A DNA stretch of 64,000 bases from Hanamia sp. (GTDB lineage: Bacteria > Bacteroidota > Bacteroidia > Chitinophagales > Chitinophagaceae), in contig DATNFV010000063.1 in the NCBI GenBank assembly GCA_035606215.1, forward strand, positions 42,526-106,525, in the 5' to 3' direction. The translations under genes were made by a program, and so were the position numbers. The notes under the pieces are model-generated. The model was not told the DNA's origin, ran no database searches, and saw only the letters and a program-made list of their open reading frames with translations. The stretch's first letter is position 1. Every line of letters begins with the position of its first letter. Shown one piece after another: positions 18,573 to 28,654 of this stretch.

Positions 18573-18629
18573 CATTTAAAAAAGATCTGACATTATTTGT
18601 TTGTTCTCCATACATTTTTAAAGCAGTTT

Positions 18630-19475
18630 ATGAAAAGAACCATTTGCATTTGCGGAGCCGGAACAATGGGAAGTGGCATTGCACAAGTGGCTGCGCAAAG
18701 TAATTTTGCAACAATTCTTTTTGATGTAAATAAAATTGTTCTCGAAAAATCAAAAGAAGTCATTCAAAATAATCTTCAGTATTTACTTGATAAAAATAAA
18801 ATTGAAGCAAAAGAAAAAGAAGAAATTTTTTCCCGGATAAAATTTTCAAATGATATAAAAGATTGTACAGCTTTTGTGATTATCGAAGCGATTGTTGAAA
18901 AAGAAGAAGCAAAAATTTCGCTGTTCAATGAGCTTGCAAAATATAATAATGAAGAAGTAATTTTTGCAACAAACACTTCATCACTTTCTGTTTCTTCGAT
19001 ACAGAAAAAAGTACTTTTCCCACAAAGAGTTGTTGGTATGCATTTTTTTAACCCTGCTTATATTATGAAGTTGGTGGAAGTAGTTAAAGGCGATCGGACA
19101 AGCGATGAGATAATTAACACCGTTGTTTCGATTTGTAAAAAAATGAATAAAGAACCGGTGATTTGCAAAGATTCTCCTGGCTTTATTGTTAATCGTGTTG
19201 CGCGGCCATACTATCTTGAATCTTTAAAAATTGTAGAGGAAGGAATTGCTTCTTTCAGGGAAGTGGATAATATTCTTGAAGCAAGCGGATTTAAGATGGG
19301 ATCGTTCAAATTAATGGATCTGATTGGAATCGATATCAATCTTGCTGTTACAGAAACTGTTTATAATGCATTTGAAAAGGCACCCCGTTTTTTACCCTCA
19401 TCCATTCAAATGGAAAAAGTAAAAAATAATGAGCTGGGCAAAAAAACCGGTAAAGGGTTTTATAAATATGATTAA
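18630..19475 (+). CDS. 3-hydroxyacyl-CoA dehydrogenase family protein (PaaH/Hbd-like)
   Basis: GAGTMGSGIAQ, TNTSSLS, GMHFFNP, PGFIVNR; start moved to ATG 18630. Confidence 0.92.
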   Translation: MKRTICICGAGTMGSGIAQVAAQSNFATILFDVNKIVLEKSKEVIQNNLQYLLDKNKIEAKEKEEIFSRIKFSNDIKDCTAFVIIEAIVEKEEAKISLFNELAKYNNEEVIFATNTSSLSVSSIQKKVLFPQRVVGMHFFNPAYIMKLVEVVKGDRTSDEIINTVVSICKKMNKEPVICKDSPGFIVNRVARPYYLESLKIVEEGIASFREVDNILEASGFKMGSFKLMDLIGIDINLAVTETVYNAFEKAPRFLPSSIQMEKVKNNELGKKTGKGFYKYD

Positions 19476-19515
19476 TTAAAAAAGGATAATTAATTTCATC
19501 TCTGAATTAATTAAA

Positions 19516-20538
19516 ATGCCGGAAATACTTAAGGAAAATCTTTCACACAAAAATATTGAGCGCAAAAAAATCCTTGTCACAGGTGGTTCCGGCCTTGTAG
19601 GAAATGAGCTAATCAAACAACTGCTTTTATCAGGAGAAAAAGTAAGAGCAATTTACCGTTCCTCACCAATTCATATTTCGCATCCTGATTTAGAAATTAT
19701 AAAATGTGATATTCTTGATGTAGTAGGCTTACAGGAGATCATGGAGCCAGTTACACATGTTTATCACTGCGCCGCAATTGTTTCTTATCATCCAAGAGAT
19801 AAAAGAAAACTATTAAAAATAAATATTGAAGGAACTGCAAATATTGTAAATGCCTGTATTGATGCTAATGTAAAGAAACTGGTACATGTTAGTTCTGTTG
19901 CCGCTTTGGGAAGAATGAGAGATGGTGCTCTGATTTCGGAGCAAATGAACTGGACCGAAGAAACTAGCAATAGTGTTTACGGAAAATCAAAGTATTTTTC
20001 TGAGCTTGAAGTGTGGCGTGGTATAGCCGAAGGTTTAAATGCAGTCATAGCAAATCCATCATTAATTATAGGAGGCGATAATTGGGAAAACAGTTCCTCT
20101 GCCATTTTTAAAAAGGCCTATGAAGAATTTAAATGGTTTACAGAAGGTGTTACAGGATTTGTAGATGTAAGAGATGTAGCAAGAGCAATGATACTTTTAA
20201 TGAACAGCGATATAACGTCTGAACGTTTTATTTTAAATGGAGAAAATATTTCTTACCGTGAAATATTTTCTTCCATTGCAAGCTGTTTTGGTAAAAAACC
20301 TCCCTATAAAAAAGTAAATCCTTTATTGGCAGAAATGATCTGGAGAATCGAAAAATTAAAATCATTGTTCACAGGCTCAAAACCTTTGCTGACAAAAGAA
20401 ACTGTGAGAACTGCACAGGCAAAAGTTTATTTTGATAACCAAAAGATTTTAAATGCACTGCCTCAATTTAATTTCACAAAAATTAAGGATTCAATTGAAT
20501 TTACTTGTGCCTCATTAAAAGAAAAATATTCTCTTTAA
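19516..20538 (+). CDS. NAD-dependent epimerase/dehydratase (extended SDR)
   Basis: VTGGSGLVG, HVSSVAA, YGKSK. Confidence 0.9.
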   Translation: MPEILKENLSHKNIERKKILVTGGSGLVGNELIKQLLLSGEKVRAIYRSSPIHISHPDLEIIKCDILDVVGLQEIMEPVTHVYHCAAIVSYHPRDKRKLLKINIEGTANIVNACIDANVKKLVHVSSVAALGRMRDGALISEQMNWTEETSNSVYGKSKYFSELEVWRGIAEGLNAVIANPSLIIGGDNWENSSSAIFKKAYEEFKWFTEGVTGFVDVRDVARAMILLMNSDITSERFILNGENISYREIFSSIASCFGKKPPYKKVNPLLAEMIWRIEKLKSLFTGSKPLLTKETVRTAQAKVYFDNQKILNALPQFNFTKIKDSIEFTCASLKEKYSL

Positions 20539-20599
20539 GGAATTGAAAACAGGACGCAAATAAATAAACCGGTTTTTTTTTGAAGAATTTTCCCCAAGA

Positions 20600-21550
20600 T
20601 TATTTATCAAGAGATTTTATTCTTTCCCAAATCTCGGGAAGACGTTTTATCAACACCAATTCTTTTCTTTTACTAAAAAATTCCTGGATAGGAGTACCCC
20701 AATAAGTTTTATTGCCTTCGATACTTGATGTAACTCCACCTTGTCCCATCACTATAGCATTATCCCCAATTGTAATCGTTTTGTTTACTCCAACTTGTCC
20801 CCACAGAATAACACCATCGCCTAAAATAGTTCCTCCTGCAATTCCAACCTGCGCAGCGATCAAACAATTTTTTCCCATTACTACATCATGTCCAACATGT
20901 ATCAGATTATCAAGCTTTGTTCCGCTTCCGATGATCGTTGCATCGCTTACGCCCCTGTCAATTGTACAATTGGCGCCTATTTCAACGAAGTCGTTGATCA
21001 AAACCTGTCCACAACTTTGCATTTTTTTATACCAGGCTTGGCGGTTCTTTTTTGTATTAAAATAAAAAGCATCGCTGCCTACAACAGTGCCGGAATGTAT
21101 TTCAACATTGTTTCCAATAACGCAATCATCATAAATAATTACACCGGGATGAAGGATGCAATGATCACCAACAACCACATTATTTCCTAAAAAAACGTTG
21201 GGCATAATCACTGAATTCTTTCCAATTTTTGCAGAATCACTAATCATTTTCTCAGATGCGGTAAAGGGTCTAAAATGATTGACAATTTTTAAATACGCTT
21301 CAAAAGGATCATCAACAATAATCAAAGTTTTTCCTGCCGGAACTTCTCTTTCAGCATTAATAATGATACATGTTGCAGCGCTGTTTAAACATACTTCATA
21401 ATATTTTGGATGATCGACAAAAACAATGTCTCCGTTTTTTACCTTGTGTATTTCATTAATTCCGGTAGCAAAGGAATTTAGATTGCCGGAAATTTTTGCT
21501 TTGATAAAATCTGCGATCCATTGAACAGAAACAGGAGAAGGAAATTGCAT
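20600..21550 (-). CDS. lpxD: UDP-3-O-acyl-glucosamine N-acyltransferase (LpxD-like)
   Basis: Hexapeptide repeats, EIGANCTIDRG, KLDNLIHVGHDV; start moved to ATG 21550, behind TATCTTTG at 21569-21576. Confidence 0.85.
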   Translation of the reverse strand: MQFPSPVSVQWIADFIKAKISGNLNSFATGINEIHKVKNGDIVFVDHPKYYEVCLNSAATCIIINAEREVPAGKTLIIVDDPFEAYLKIVNHFRPFTASEKMISDSAKIGKNSVIMPNVFLGNNVVVGDHCILHPGVIIYDDCVIGNNVEIHSGTVVGSDAFYFNTKKNRQAWYKKMQSCGQVLINDFVEIGANCTIDRGVSDATIIGSGTKLDNLIHVGHDVVMGKNCLIAAQVGIAGGTILGDGVILWGQVGVNKTITIGDNAIVMGQGGVTSSIEGNKTYWGTPIQEFFSKRKELVLIKRLPEIWERIKSLDK

Positions 21551-21926
21551 GAATAAAATATTTTGAGCCAAAGATAAAGTTTGCAAAGCGCTTCAATGAA
21601 GATGATTTTATTTTGCTTTTGAAATATTTTTTTGAAAATAAAAAAATTAACATCGTTTCATTTTCATTGGGCTTTTTGAAGAAACTTTCAAAACACAAAT
21701 CAGGTCTGAAAAAAAAAGAAAGTTTATTTTTTCTTCAAACTATTATAGACAGTGCATTTGAAAAAGAACGTAGGAAAAAAAGCGCCCTTTTTTTTAAAAT
21801 CATTAAACAAAAAAGATTTTTGAAAAAGCTGAAAGTTTCACTTTATCCCCACACGATTATTTAAAATGTTGATAAAAAAATTTGAAATATTTTTTCATAT
21901 AGCAAAATTTATTTTTAATATTGTGT

Positions 21927-22000
21927 AAGGAAATTTATTTCCTGTACTTACTAACCCATCCATATAACAAAGCCCGTTGATTTTTTCACGGGCTTTATTA
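21927..22000 (+). ncRNA. Candidate small RNA B
   Basis: -7-like TAATATTG at 21916-21923; 5' hairpin AGGAAAT-tt-ATTTCCT; segment TGTACTTACTAACCCAT; terminator AAAGCCCGT...ACGGGCTTT. Confidence 0.5.
21969..22000 (+). terminator. Orphan intrinsic terminator in the divergent lpxD / pseudouridine synthase region
   Basis: AAAGCCCGT-tgattttttc-ACGGGCTTT-ATTA. Confidence 0.6.
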
Positions 22001-22045
22001 ATTTTTATAGGAAATTTCATCAAAATAAAATCATTAAAAATTCTT

Positions 22046-22642
22046 TTGAGTAAATATTTTATTGTCCATAAACCATTCAATGTGCTGTCGCAGTTTTCTT
22101 CGCAGGATGAAAAAAAGACGTTGAAAGATTTTTTTCATGTTCCCTGGAATGTCTATCCTGTAGGGCGTTTGGACTATGACAGCGAAGGGGTATTGATCTT
22201 AACAGACGACAAAAAACTAACCGAGCATTTATTAAATCCTTCTTATCAGCATGAAAGAGAATATTGGGTCCAGGTAGAAGGAGAAATTTCAAAAGAGGCG
22301 ATTGAAAAATTACAACAGGGTCTCTCAATTAATATAAAAGGGAGAATGTATCAGACAAAAAAATGTAGTGCAGAAAAATTCTTGCAGGCACCAAATATTG
22401 CCGAAAGGAATCCGCCGATTCGGTTTAGAAAATCTGTTCCGGACAGCTGGATAAAAATAATTTTAACAGAAGGGAAAAACCGTCAGGTAAGAAAGATGAC
22501 TGCGGCTGTTGGTTTTCCAACTTTAAGATTGATACGATACAGAATTGGAAAAGTTTCTTTAGATGATCTTAACCCTGGCGAAATGAAAACCATATCTAAA
22601 CAAGAATTGTATAACTTGCTTAAAATTCAAAAAGATAATTAA
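22046..22642 (+). CDS. rRNA pseudouridine synthase (RsuA/RluE family)
   Basis: HKPFNVLSQF, VGRLDYDSEG, EGKNRQVRKM; likely TTG start at 22046. Confidence 0.92.
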   Translation: MSKYFIVHKPFNVLSQFSSQDEKKTLKDFFHVPWNVYPVGRLDYDSEGVLILTDDKKLTEHLLNPSYQHEREYWVQVEGEISKEAIEKLQQGLSINIKGRMYQTKKCSAEKFLQAPNIAERNPPIRFRKSVPDSWIKIILTEGKNRQVRKMTAAVGFPTLRLIRYRIGKVSLDDLNPGEMKTISKQELYNLLKIQKDN

Positions 22643-22644
22643 AG

Positions 22645-23520
22645 ATGGTAAGATCAATGACAGGCTTTGGAAGAGCTGAGCAAACCGTAGATGATAAAAC
22701 TTATTTGGTAGAAATAAAATCATTGAATGGGAAACAACTGGAAATTAATTTAAAAATTCCTCCGATCATTAAACCTTATGAATTTGACATCCGAAATTTA
22801 ATTCAGGAAAAATTATTGCGCGGAACAATTGAATGTTTGATTGTAGTGAAACAAAATGGCACTACAAAACCTGTCGTCATTAACACCGATCTCATCAAAT
22901 CTTATTATCAGCAAATTGAAATTTTAGCAGAAGAATTATCTATTGATACCAATGCGGTTTTAGCTGCTTTATTAAGATTGCCCGAAGTCGTTTCGCCAAG
23001 TAATGAAGTGTTGGATGAAAAAGATTGGCAACACCTAAAGCAGGTGATAGAAGTGGCTTTGCAGGAATTAAACAGTCACCGCATAGAGGAAGGAAAATCT
23101 TTGGAAAAAGAGCTTAGGCTTCGCATAAAAAATATTAAAAAGCAGGAAGATGAAATTTTAAATCTTGAACCTCAAAGAAGAAAAAGGATGAAAAATGATT
23201 TGATTAATCTTCTTGAAGAAAATGCAGGAAAAGAAAATTATGATTCCAATCGTCTAGAGCAGGAATTGATTTACTACATTGAAAAAATTGACATTCGTGA
23301 AGAACAGGTTCGCTTGAAGAATCATTGCGAATATTTTCTATCAATACTGGATAATGATGAAGAAGCAAAGGGGAAAAAATTATCGTTTGTAGTTCAGGAA
23401 ATTGGCCGCGAAATAAATACAACTGGCTCAAAAGCCTATGACTCGGATATACAAAGAAGTGTTGTCTTAATGAAAGATGAGCTTGAAAAAATTAAAGAAC
23501 AAACGTTTAATGTTCTTTAA
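22645..23520 (+). CDS. yicC: YicC/YloC family endoribonuclease
   Basis: SMTGFGR, EIKSLN, GKKLSF..QEIGREINTTGSK. Confidence 0.93.
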   Translation: MVRSMTGFGRAEQTVDDKTYLVEIKSLNGKQLEINLKIPPIIKPYEFDIRNLIQEKLLRGTIECLIVVKQNGTTKPVVINTDLIKSYYQQIEILAEELSIDTNAVLAALLRLPEVVSPSNEVLDEKDWQHLKQVIEVALQELNSHRIEEGKSLEKELRLRIKNIKKQEDEILNLEPQRRKRMKNDLINLLEENAGKENYDSNRLEQELIYYIEKIDIREEQVRLKNHCEYFLSILDNDEEAKGKKLSFVVQEIGREINTTGSKAYDSDIQRSVVLMKDELEKIKEQTFNVL

Positions 23521-23572
23521 GGTCTATCTGTTTTACAGCAAAAAAACGAATTATTTTTGTAAAAACTTCAGC

Positions 23573-24040
23573 TTGAAAAAAATCTTTTTTATATTATTCG
23601 TTTCCACAATTTTTGTATCCTGCATTAAGATCAACCTTTTTGAGAAACAGGCTGTAATCCCTTCCCAGCAATGGTTTTACACTGATGTTCCTGAATTTTC
23701 CTTTCATATTGATGATACAGCTTCACTTTACAATGTATATGTTGTTTTGCGTCATACCGATCTTTATAAATACAATAATATATGGCTTCGTGTTGGTCTA
23801 AAACCTCCTCATGATTCTATTAGTTATCAAAATATAAATCTTGTTTTAGCCACAGATGCCAAAGGATGGGAAGGAACAGGAATGGATGATATTTATGAAG
23901 TAAGAAAAAATATTTCTGCTGCTCCTTTTTCCTTTAAAACCTCCGGTGATTATACATTTACCATTGCTCAGATTATGCGTGAAAATCCTTTAAATTATGT
24001 TTTGGATGTTGGTATAAGAGTGGAAAAAGTAGGAATGTAA
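23573..24040 (+). CDS. gldH: Gliding motility lipoprotein GldH
   Basis: Lipoprotein signal ending FVSC, LRHTDLYKYNNIW, GWEGTG, QIMRENPL..V.DVGIRVEK; TTG start at 23573. Confidence 0.85.
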   Translation: MKKIFFILFVSTIFVSCIKINLFEKQAVIPSQQWFYTDVPEFSFHIDDTASLYNVYVVLRHTDLYKYNNIWLRVGLKPPHDSISYQNINLVLATDAKGWEGTGMDDIYEVRKNISAAPFSFKTSGDYTFTIAQIMRENPLNYVLDVGIRVEKVGM

Positions 24041-24098
24041 TTTTGATTTCTAATTTTAAATCTACACTTTCTTTGCTTCTTTCTGAAATTATAAAACG

Positions 24099-25094
24099 AT
24101 GCCTTACCAGGAACTGAAAAAAAAATTAAAAGAAAAACCACTGAGGTTGATTTATGCATTTTACTGGTTTCTGCTTGCTTACATTATTTCTGCTTTGGTT
24201 TTTTGGTTCCTTATGCTTAATAAGCAAAATGCGCAATTAACTGAGGAGAGATTGGAGGATATTCCCGTAAATGATATTCATTATTACCAAAAAGAAAAGA
24301 AAATAGAGGTTTTAAAAGCACGAAAAACAGAACAATACATTGGAGAAGGCGTTACATTTTTATTGTTGACTCTGGCGGGTGCAGTTTTCGTTTTCCGCTT
24401 CATCAATAACCAATTAATTCAATCTGAAAAACAACGAAACTTTATGATGGCCATAACTCATGAATTAAAAACTCCGATTGCTATTACGAAGCTGAATCTT
24501 GAAACCATGCAGATGAGAAAATTGGATATGAATCAGCAGCAAAAGCTGATCAGAAGCACGATACAGGAAGCCAACCGGTTAAATTCGTTATGCAATAATA
24601 TGCTTTTGCTCGGTCAGTTGGATACAGGAGGATATAAATTTACTCTGGAAAAATTTGATCTTACAACACTCGTCAATGATTGCGCTGAAGATTTTATGAT
24701 TCGTTTTCCTGAAAGAAAAGTTGAGGTAGAAGCGTTGAATGAAATTATTATAGCAGGCGATAAGCTCTCTTTGCAGTTAGCCATTAACAATCTTTTAGAT
24801 AATGCTATTAAATATTCACCGAAAGACAGTGTAGTTTTGGTAAAAGTATTTCAGGAAAATAAAAAGATAAAGCTGCAGGTAGTAGATGAAGGTTACGGAA
24901 TTAATGATGAAGAAAAGAGAAGAATTTTTGAAAAATATTTTCGTGGGGCACACAGGCAAACTAAAGGGACAGGGCTTGGTCTTTATCTTACAAGAGAAAT
25001 CGTAAAACAACATCATGGTGAGATCATTGTTGAAAATAATATTCCGAAGGGATGTGTTTTTGAAATACAATTTAAAGCATCTAGAAATTCATAA
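24099..25094 (+). CDS. Sensor histidine kinase
   Basis: Two TM helices, H-box THELKTP, NLLDNAIKYS, GTGLGL. Confidence 0.95.
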   Translation: MPYQELKKKLKEKPLRLIYAFYWFLLAYIISALVFWFLMLNKQNAQLTEERLEDIPVNDIHYYQKEKKIEVLKARKTEQYIGEGVTFLLLTLAGAVFVFRFINNQLIQSEKQRNFMMAITHELKTPIAITKLNLETMQMRKLDMNQQQKLIRSTIQEANRLNSLCNNMLLLGQLDTGGYKFTLEKFDLTTLVNDCAEDFMIRFPERKVEVEALNEIIIAGDKLSLQLAINNLLDNAIKYSPKDSVVLVKVFQENKKIKLQVVDEGYGINDEEKRRIFEKYFRGAHRQTKGTGLGLYLTREIVKQHHGEIIVENNIPKGCVFEIQFKASRNS

Positions 25095-25109
25095 AAATAA
25101 ATTTGAATT

Positions 25110-25817
25110 ATGGCATCAAAAAAACTTTCAATCCTGTTGGTAGAAGATGAAGAAAATTTGCAGGATGCTTTGCGGTTAAATTTTGAAATGGAAGGCTATG
25201 AAGTTACTTCTGCTTATGATGGAGAAGAAGCTTTGAAAGCTGTTCATAATGAGTATTTTGACCTTATCGTTCTGGATGTAATGCTTCCTGAAATAGACGG
25301 GATTACCGTTTGCGAAAACATACGGCTCAGCAATTCCGATATTCCTATAATGATGCTAAGCGCCAAAAATCAAAGTTCTGACCGGGTATTAGGATTAAAG
25401 AAAGGTGCCGATGATTACCTGGCAAAACCTTTCAGTCTTGAAGAACTTTTGATAAGAGTAAGAATATTAATTAATAAAAGCCAGAAAATTTCTGCGAAAG
25501 AACCCGTAGCTGAAGAATATAATTTTGGAAAAAATCTTATCAATTTTAAATCGCTGGAATGCACAACAAAAGCCGGAGAACAAGTGGCGCTTACAAAAAA
25601 AGAAGCAATGCTTTTGAAATTGCTTATTGAAAATAAAAATGAAGTGGTTACCCGGGAAAAAATTCTTCAATCTGTTTGGGGCTACAATGTTTACCCAACA
25701 ACAAGAACTGTTGACAATTTTATTTTAAATTTCAGAAAATATTTTGAAGAAGACAGCCGCAATCCAAAATACTTTCATTCTGTAAGAGGGATAGGATATA
25801 AATTTACCAATAGTTAA
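25110..25817 (+). CDS. OmpR family response regulator
   Basis: LLVEDE, LDVMLP, GADDYLAKPF, winged helix with RGIGYKF. Confidence 0.96.
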   Translation: MASKKLSILLVEDEENLQDALRLNFEMEGYEVTSAYDGEEALKAVHNEYFDLIVLDVMLPEIDGITVCENIRLSNSDIPIMMLSAKNQSSDRVLGLKKGADDYLAKPFSLEELLIRVRILINKSQKISAKEPVAEEYNFGKNLINFKSLECTTKAGEQVALTKKEAMLLKLLIENKNEVVTREKILQSVWGYNVYPTTRTVDNFILNFRKYFEEDSRNPKYFHSVRGIGYKFTNS

Positions 25818-25883
25818 TTTGTGATACCTAATCAGTTAAAATAAGATTCCAATTATTTGTTCCCTTACTGACAGAGAAAATTA

Positions 25884-27800
25884 TTAATTGCACACTTGCT
25901 TATCCAGTAACGACACTACTTGCGAAGCTTTTTCAAAAACTTTATTTAACTCTGTTGCATTAGAAGAAGGTGCATATAAATTAATTTCTACTTCATCCAT
26001 TAAAGACGTCAGCATCATAGAAGTTCCAATGCTTACGTTGCACTTATCCAATTCTTCATTCAATCTTTTTTTAGAAAGTTCATTTTCAGGCACTTTAAAT
26101 TTTGCTGCCAGATATTTTTTTAACGAAGTATCAAGAGTGTGATAGAATGCGCTGCTGTTGCCGTTTACAAGTTTCTCATGCGCTTCTGTCAAAGGGCTTT
26201 CCGGAATTTTAAATTCTTCCTTTGCATTTTCTGCTTCATTTTTCAAATCGTCTACTATGACATTTTTTTCCAGATCATTTTTGTTTTTATTTTTCCTGAT
26301 AATGAAAAAAAGAATGGCAAAAATAATAACAGCAACAAGCACAATTCCTGCTATTAATTCAGTTTGTGTTGACATAATATTATTTGATTGAGAATTTTTC
26401 TTATCACCGTTTTTTGCAAAAAAATTGTGACTTCCTTTTTTTACATTCACCTGTAAAGGCGCTGTACGCAAGGTTTTATAAGTAGAAGTTTCGGGGTCAA
26501 AATAAGAAAATGTAATAGAATCAATTTTGTATTCTCCTGCTTTTGAAACAGTAAAAGGGAAAGAAAAAGTTTTGCTCCCTTGCATTGGAACAGATGTTTT
26601 ATCGATATCATCTTTTACTTTTGCTTCATAACCATCTATTCCCTGTGGCCATACGATTTTTGGCGCATTGATCAGTTGAATATTTCCTTTTCCTGTTACA
26701 ACGAGTTTTAATGTTCCGGCATCATCAGTAGTAATATTATTTTTTTCGAGAGAAGACTTGATAGTAAAATTTCCGACGGCACCTCTGAAATCCTTTGGTT
26801 TATTTTCATCTGGCAACGGTTTTACATTGATTGTTTCTGAATTTGATTTTAGCGTCACCTTTTGCTGAACCTGTGCTTCCGGAGGAAGTGGGGCTTCTCC
26901 CAGATCATCGAACATATCAAAGAATGGATCACTTCGCTGTGAGTTGGCATATTGAGATTTTATAAAAGTGATTTTATTATCGGCCACTACAGGATCAAGT
27001 GTAATATTTCCGGCCTGCAAGGGATATAATTCTACTTTCCGAAGCGTATAAACATTATACATCCGACCGTTATATTTTTCAAGAGTAGAATTATTACTGA
27101 CATCAAAATCAGTCACAGAAAAACCGTTGAAAGAAGGAGCATCGGTAATGCTTGTTTCCGAAGGAAGCCGTGTATAAAGTTTGTAGGTTGCAACAATTGG
27201 TTGACCAACATAGCAACTTTTTTTATCGATATCTAATTTCAAAAAAATATTTTTAGCCGTTTTCTCGGCAACATTTTCTCCTGGTTTTAAAATATAATCA
27301 TCAAACCGGCGAACTGGCGAAGCAGGTGGAAAATTTAAATTTAAATTAGGAAACGGAGATAAGTTTTGCGTATTGTTATTTGGCGGAGATACAGAGCCAG
27401 GCACTACTTCAATGGTTATCGGCTGCGTTTTTAAATTTTGTCCATCGGCAATTGCGGTTGCAGAACCGATGGTAAATCTTCCTGTTGATGTTGGTTGCAA
27501 TGAATATCCGATTGCAACGGATTGGCTCATCTTCCCATTAATACTTGTTATACTTCTTTGTTGGTTAGGACCTGAGGCAATTATAAAATTATCAAAAGAC
27601 GGGGGAGTAATATTATCAACATTGGAAGCATTATCAACCTTAAACTGAATTTGCAGCAAATCATTCTTTCCAATTTTTTTTTGTGGACAAACAACTGAAA
27701 ATTTTACCTGGCCAAAAGAAGAATCAGGCAAAAAAATAACTGCCAGAAGAATGAATGAAACAAGAAATTTATTTGAGTATGATCGTAAAAATTGAATCAT
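25884..27800 (-). CDS. batD: BatD family protein
   Basis: Signal peptide, SGPNQ..S...ING, YVGQPI..TYKLY, GAVGNF, one C-terminal TM. Confidence 0.8.
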   Translation of the reverse strand: MIQFLRSYSNKFLVSFILLAVIFLPDSSFGQVKFSVVCPQKKIGKNDLLQIQFKVDNASNVDNITPPSFDNFIIASGPNQQRSITSINGKMSQSVAIGYSLQPTSTGRFTIGSATAIADGQNLKTQPITIEVVPGSVSPPNNNTQNLSPFPNLNLNFPPASPVRRFDDYILKPGENVAEKTAKNIFLKLDIDKKSCYVGQPIVATYKLYTRLPSETSITDAPSFNGFSVTDFDVSNNSTLEKYNGRMYNVYTLRKVELYPLQAGNITLDPVVADNKITFIKSQYANSQRSDPFFDMFDDLGEAPLPPEAQVQQKVTLKSNSETINVKPLPDENKPKDFRGAVGNFTIKSSLEKNNITTDDAGTLKLVVTGKGNIQLINAPKIVWPQGIDGYEAKVKDDIDKTSVPMQGSKTFSFPFTVSKAGEYKIDSITFSYFDPETSTYKTLRTAPLQVNVKKGSHNFFAKNGDKKNSQSNNIMSTQTELIAGIVLVAVIIFAILFFIIRKNKNKNDLEKNVIVDDLKNEAENAKEEFKIPESPLTEAHEKLVNGNSSAFYHTLDTSLKKYLAAKFKVPENELSKKRLNEELDKCNVSIGTSMMLTSLMDEVEINLYAPSSNATELNKVFEKASQVVSLLDKQVCN

Positions 27801-27883
27801 TTCATCAGCTAAAGGTGAGCTACAAAAGTAGTTGGAATAGAATTTAAAAAAAGGTTAATAGAATTTGAATTGTTAAAAATCGT

Positions 27884-28588
27884 TTAGGGAAGATCACCCA
27901 AAAGTGGCCTTATTACTATATCTTCAACACAGGCTTGTGGTGAAAGGCAGGCAGCAGTAAAAATCATATTTGCCACATCTTCAACTTCCATAATTCTTCC
28001 CATAGGAATTTTGGCATCTTCCCATGAAGCCGTAAGAACTGCACCCGGATAAACGGCAGTTACTTTTATATTAAATGGTTTCATTTCTTCGCGAAGATTT
28101 TTACTAAAACCAGCTAGTGCAAATTTGCTGATACTGTAAGAGCCGCCATTGCTATAAGCTTTCAAAGCTGCGATAGAACAGATGTTGAAGATATGACCCG
28201 ATTTTTTTTTCATCATTTGAGGTAGTAATGCTCTTGTTAAGTGATATGCAGAAAACAAATTGATGTTCATCATTTTTTCAAGATTTCCTTCTGGTTCATT
28301 ATAAACGCTTCCGGGAACAAATTGACCGGCATTGTTGATTAAAATATCTATCGAAATATTTTTGCTCAAAAGCCAATCTGCAAATTTTAATACCTCTTTT
28401 TCTTGAGAAAGATCTGCTGGAAAATAATTAACGCAATGATTATATTTTTCGTTCAGTTCATTTGCTGTTTGTGCTAGTTCTTTTTCATTTCGCGAACAAA
28501 TAAAAATGTTATTTTTTGCTGCTGCAAATTTTTCGGCCATCGCTTTTCCCATACCTTTGCTGGCACCTGTAATTACAATATTGAACAT
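27884..28588 (-). CDS. Short-chain dehydrogenase/reductase
   Basis: ITGASKGMG, NNAG, YSISK. Confidence 0.93.
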   Translation of the reverse strand: MFNIVITGASKGMGKAMAEKFAAAKNNIFICSRNEKELAQTANELNEKYNHCVNYFPADLSQEKEVLKFADWLLSKNISIDILINNAGQFVPGSVYNEPEGNLEKMMNINLFSAYHLTRALLPQMMKKKSGHIFNICSIAALKAYSNGGSYSISKFALAGFSKNLREEMKPFNIKVTAVYPGAVLTASWEDAKIPMGRIMEVEDVANMIFTAACLSPQACVEDIVIRPLLGDLP

Positions 28589-28654
28589 GTTATAATGTTT
28601 TTTTCAAGGTAACAAATCTAAAATCTTACACCCAAATTTTTTAAAATAACCTCA

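Noticed and set aside
21456-21864. Two K/F-rich ORFs in the lpxD upstream region
   Set aside because: They are translations of A/T tracts, and one overlaps lpxD; no protein-like features.
21587-21900. Possible replication origin (AT-rich, DnaA-like boxes)
   Set aside because: Only two imperfect boxes, no origin-associated genes nearby, and skew cannot be assessed by eye.
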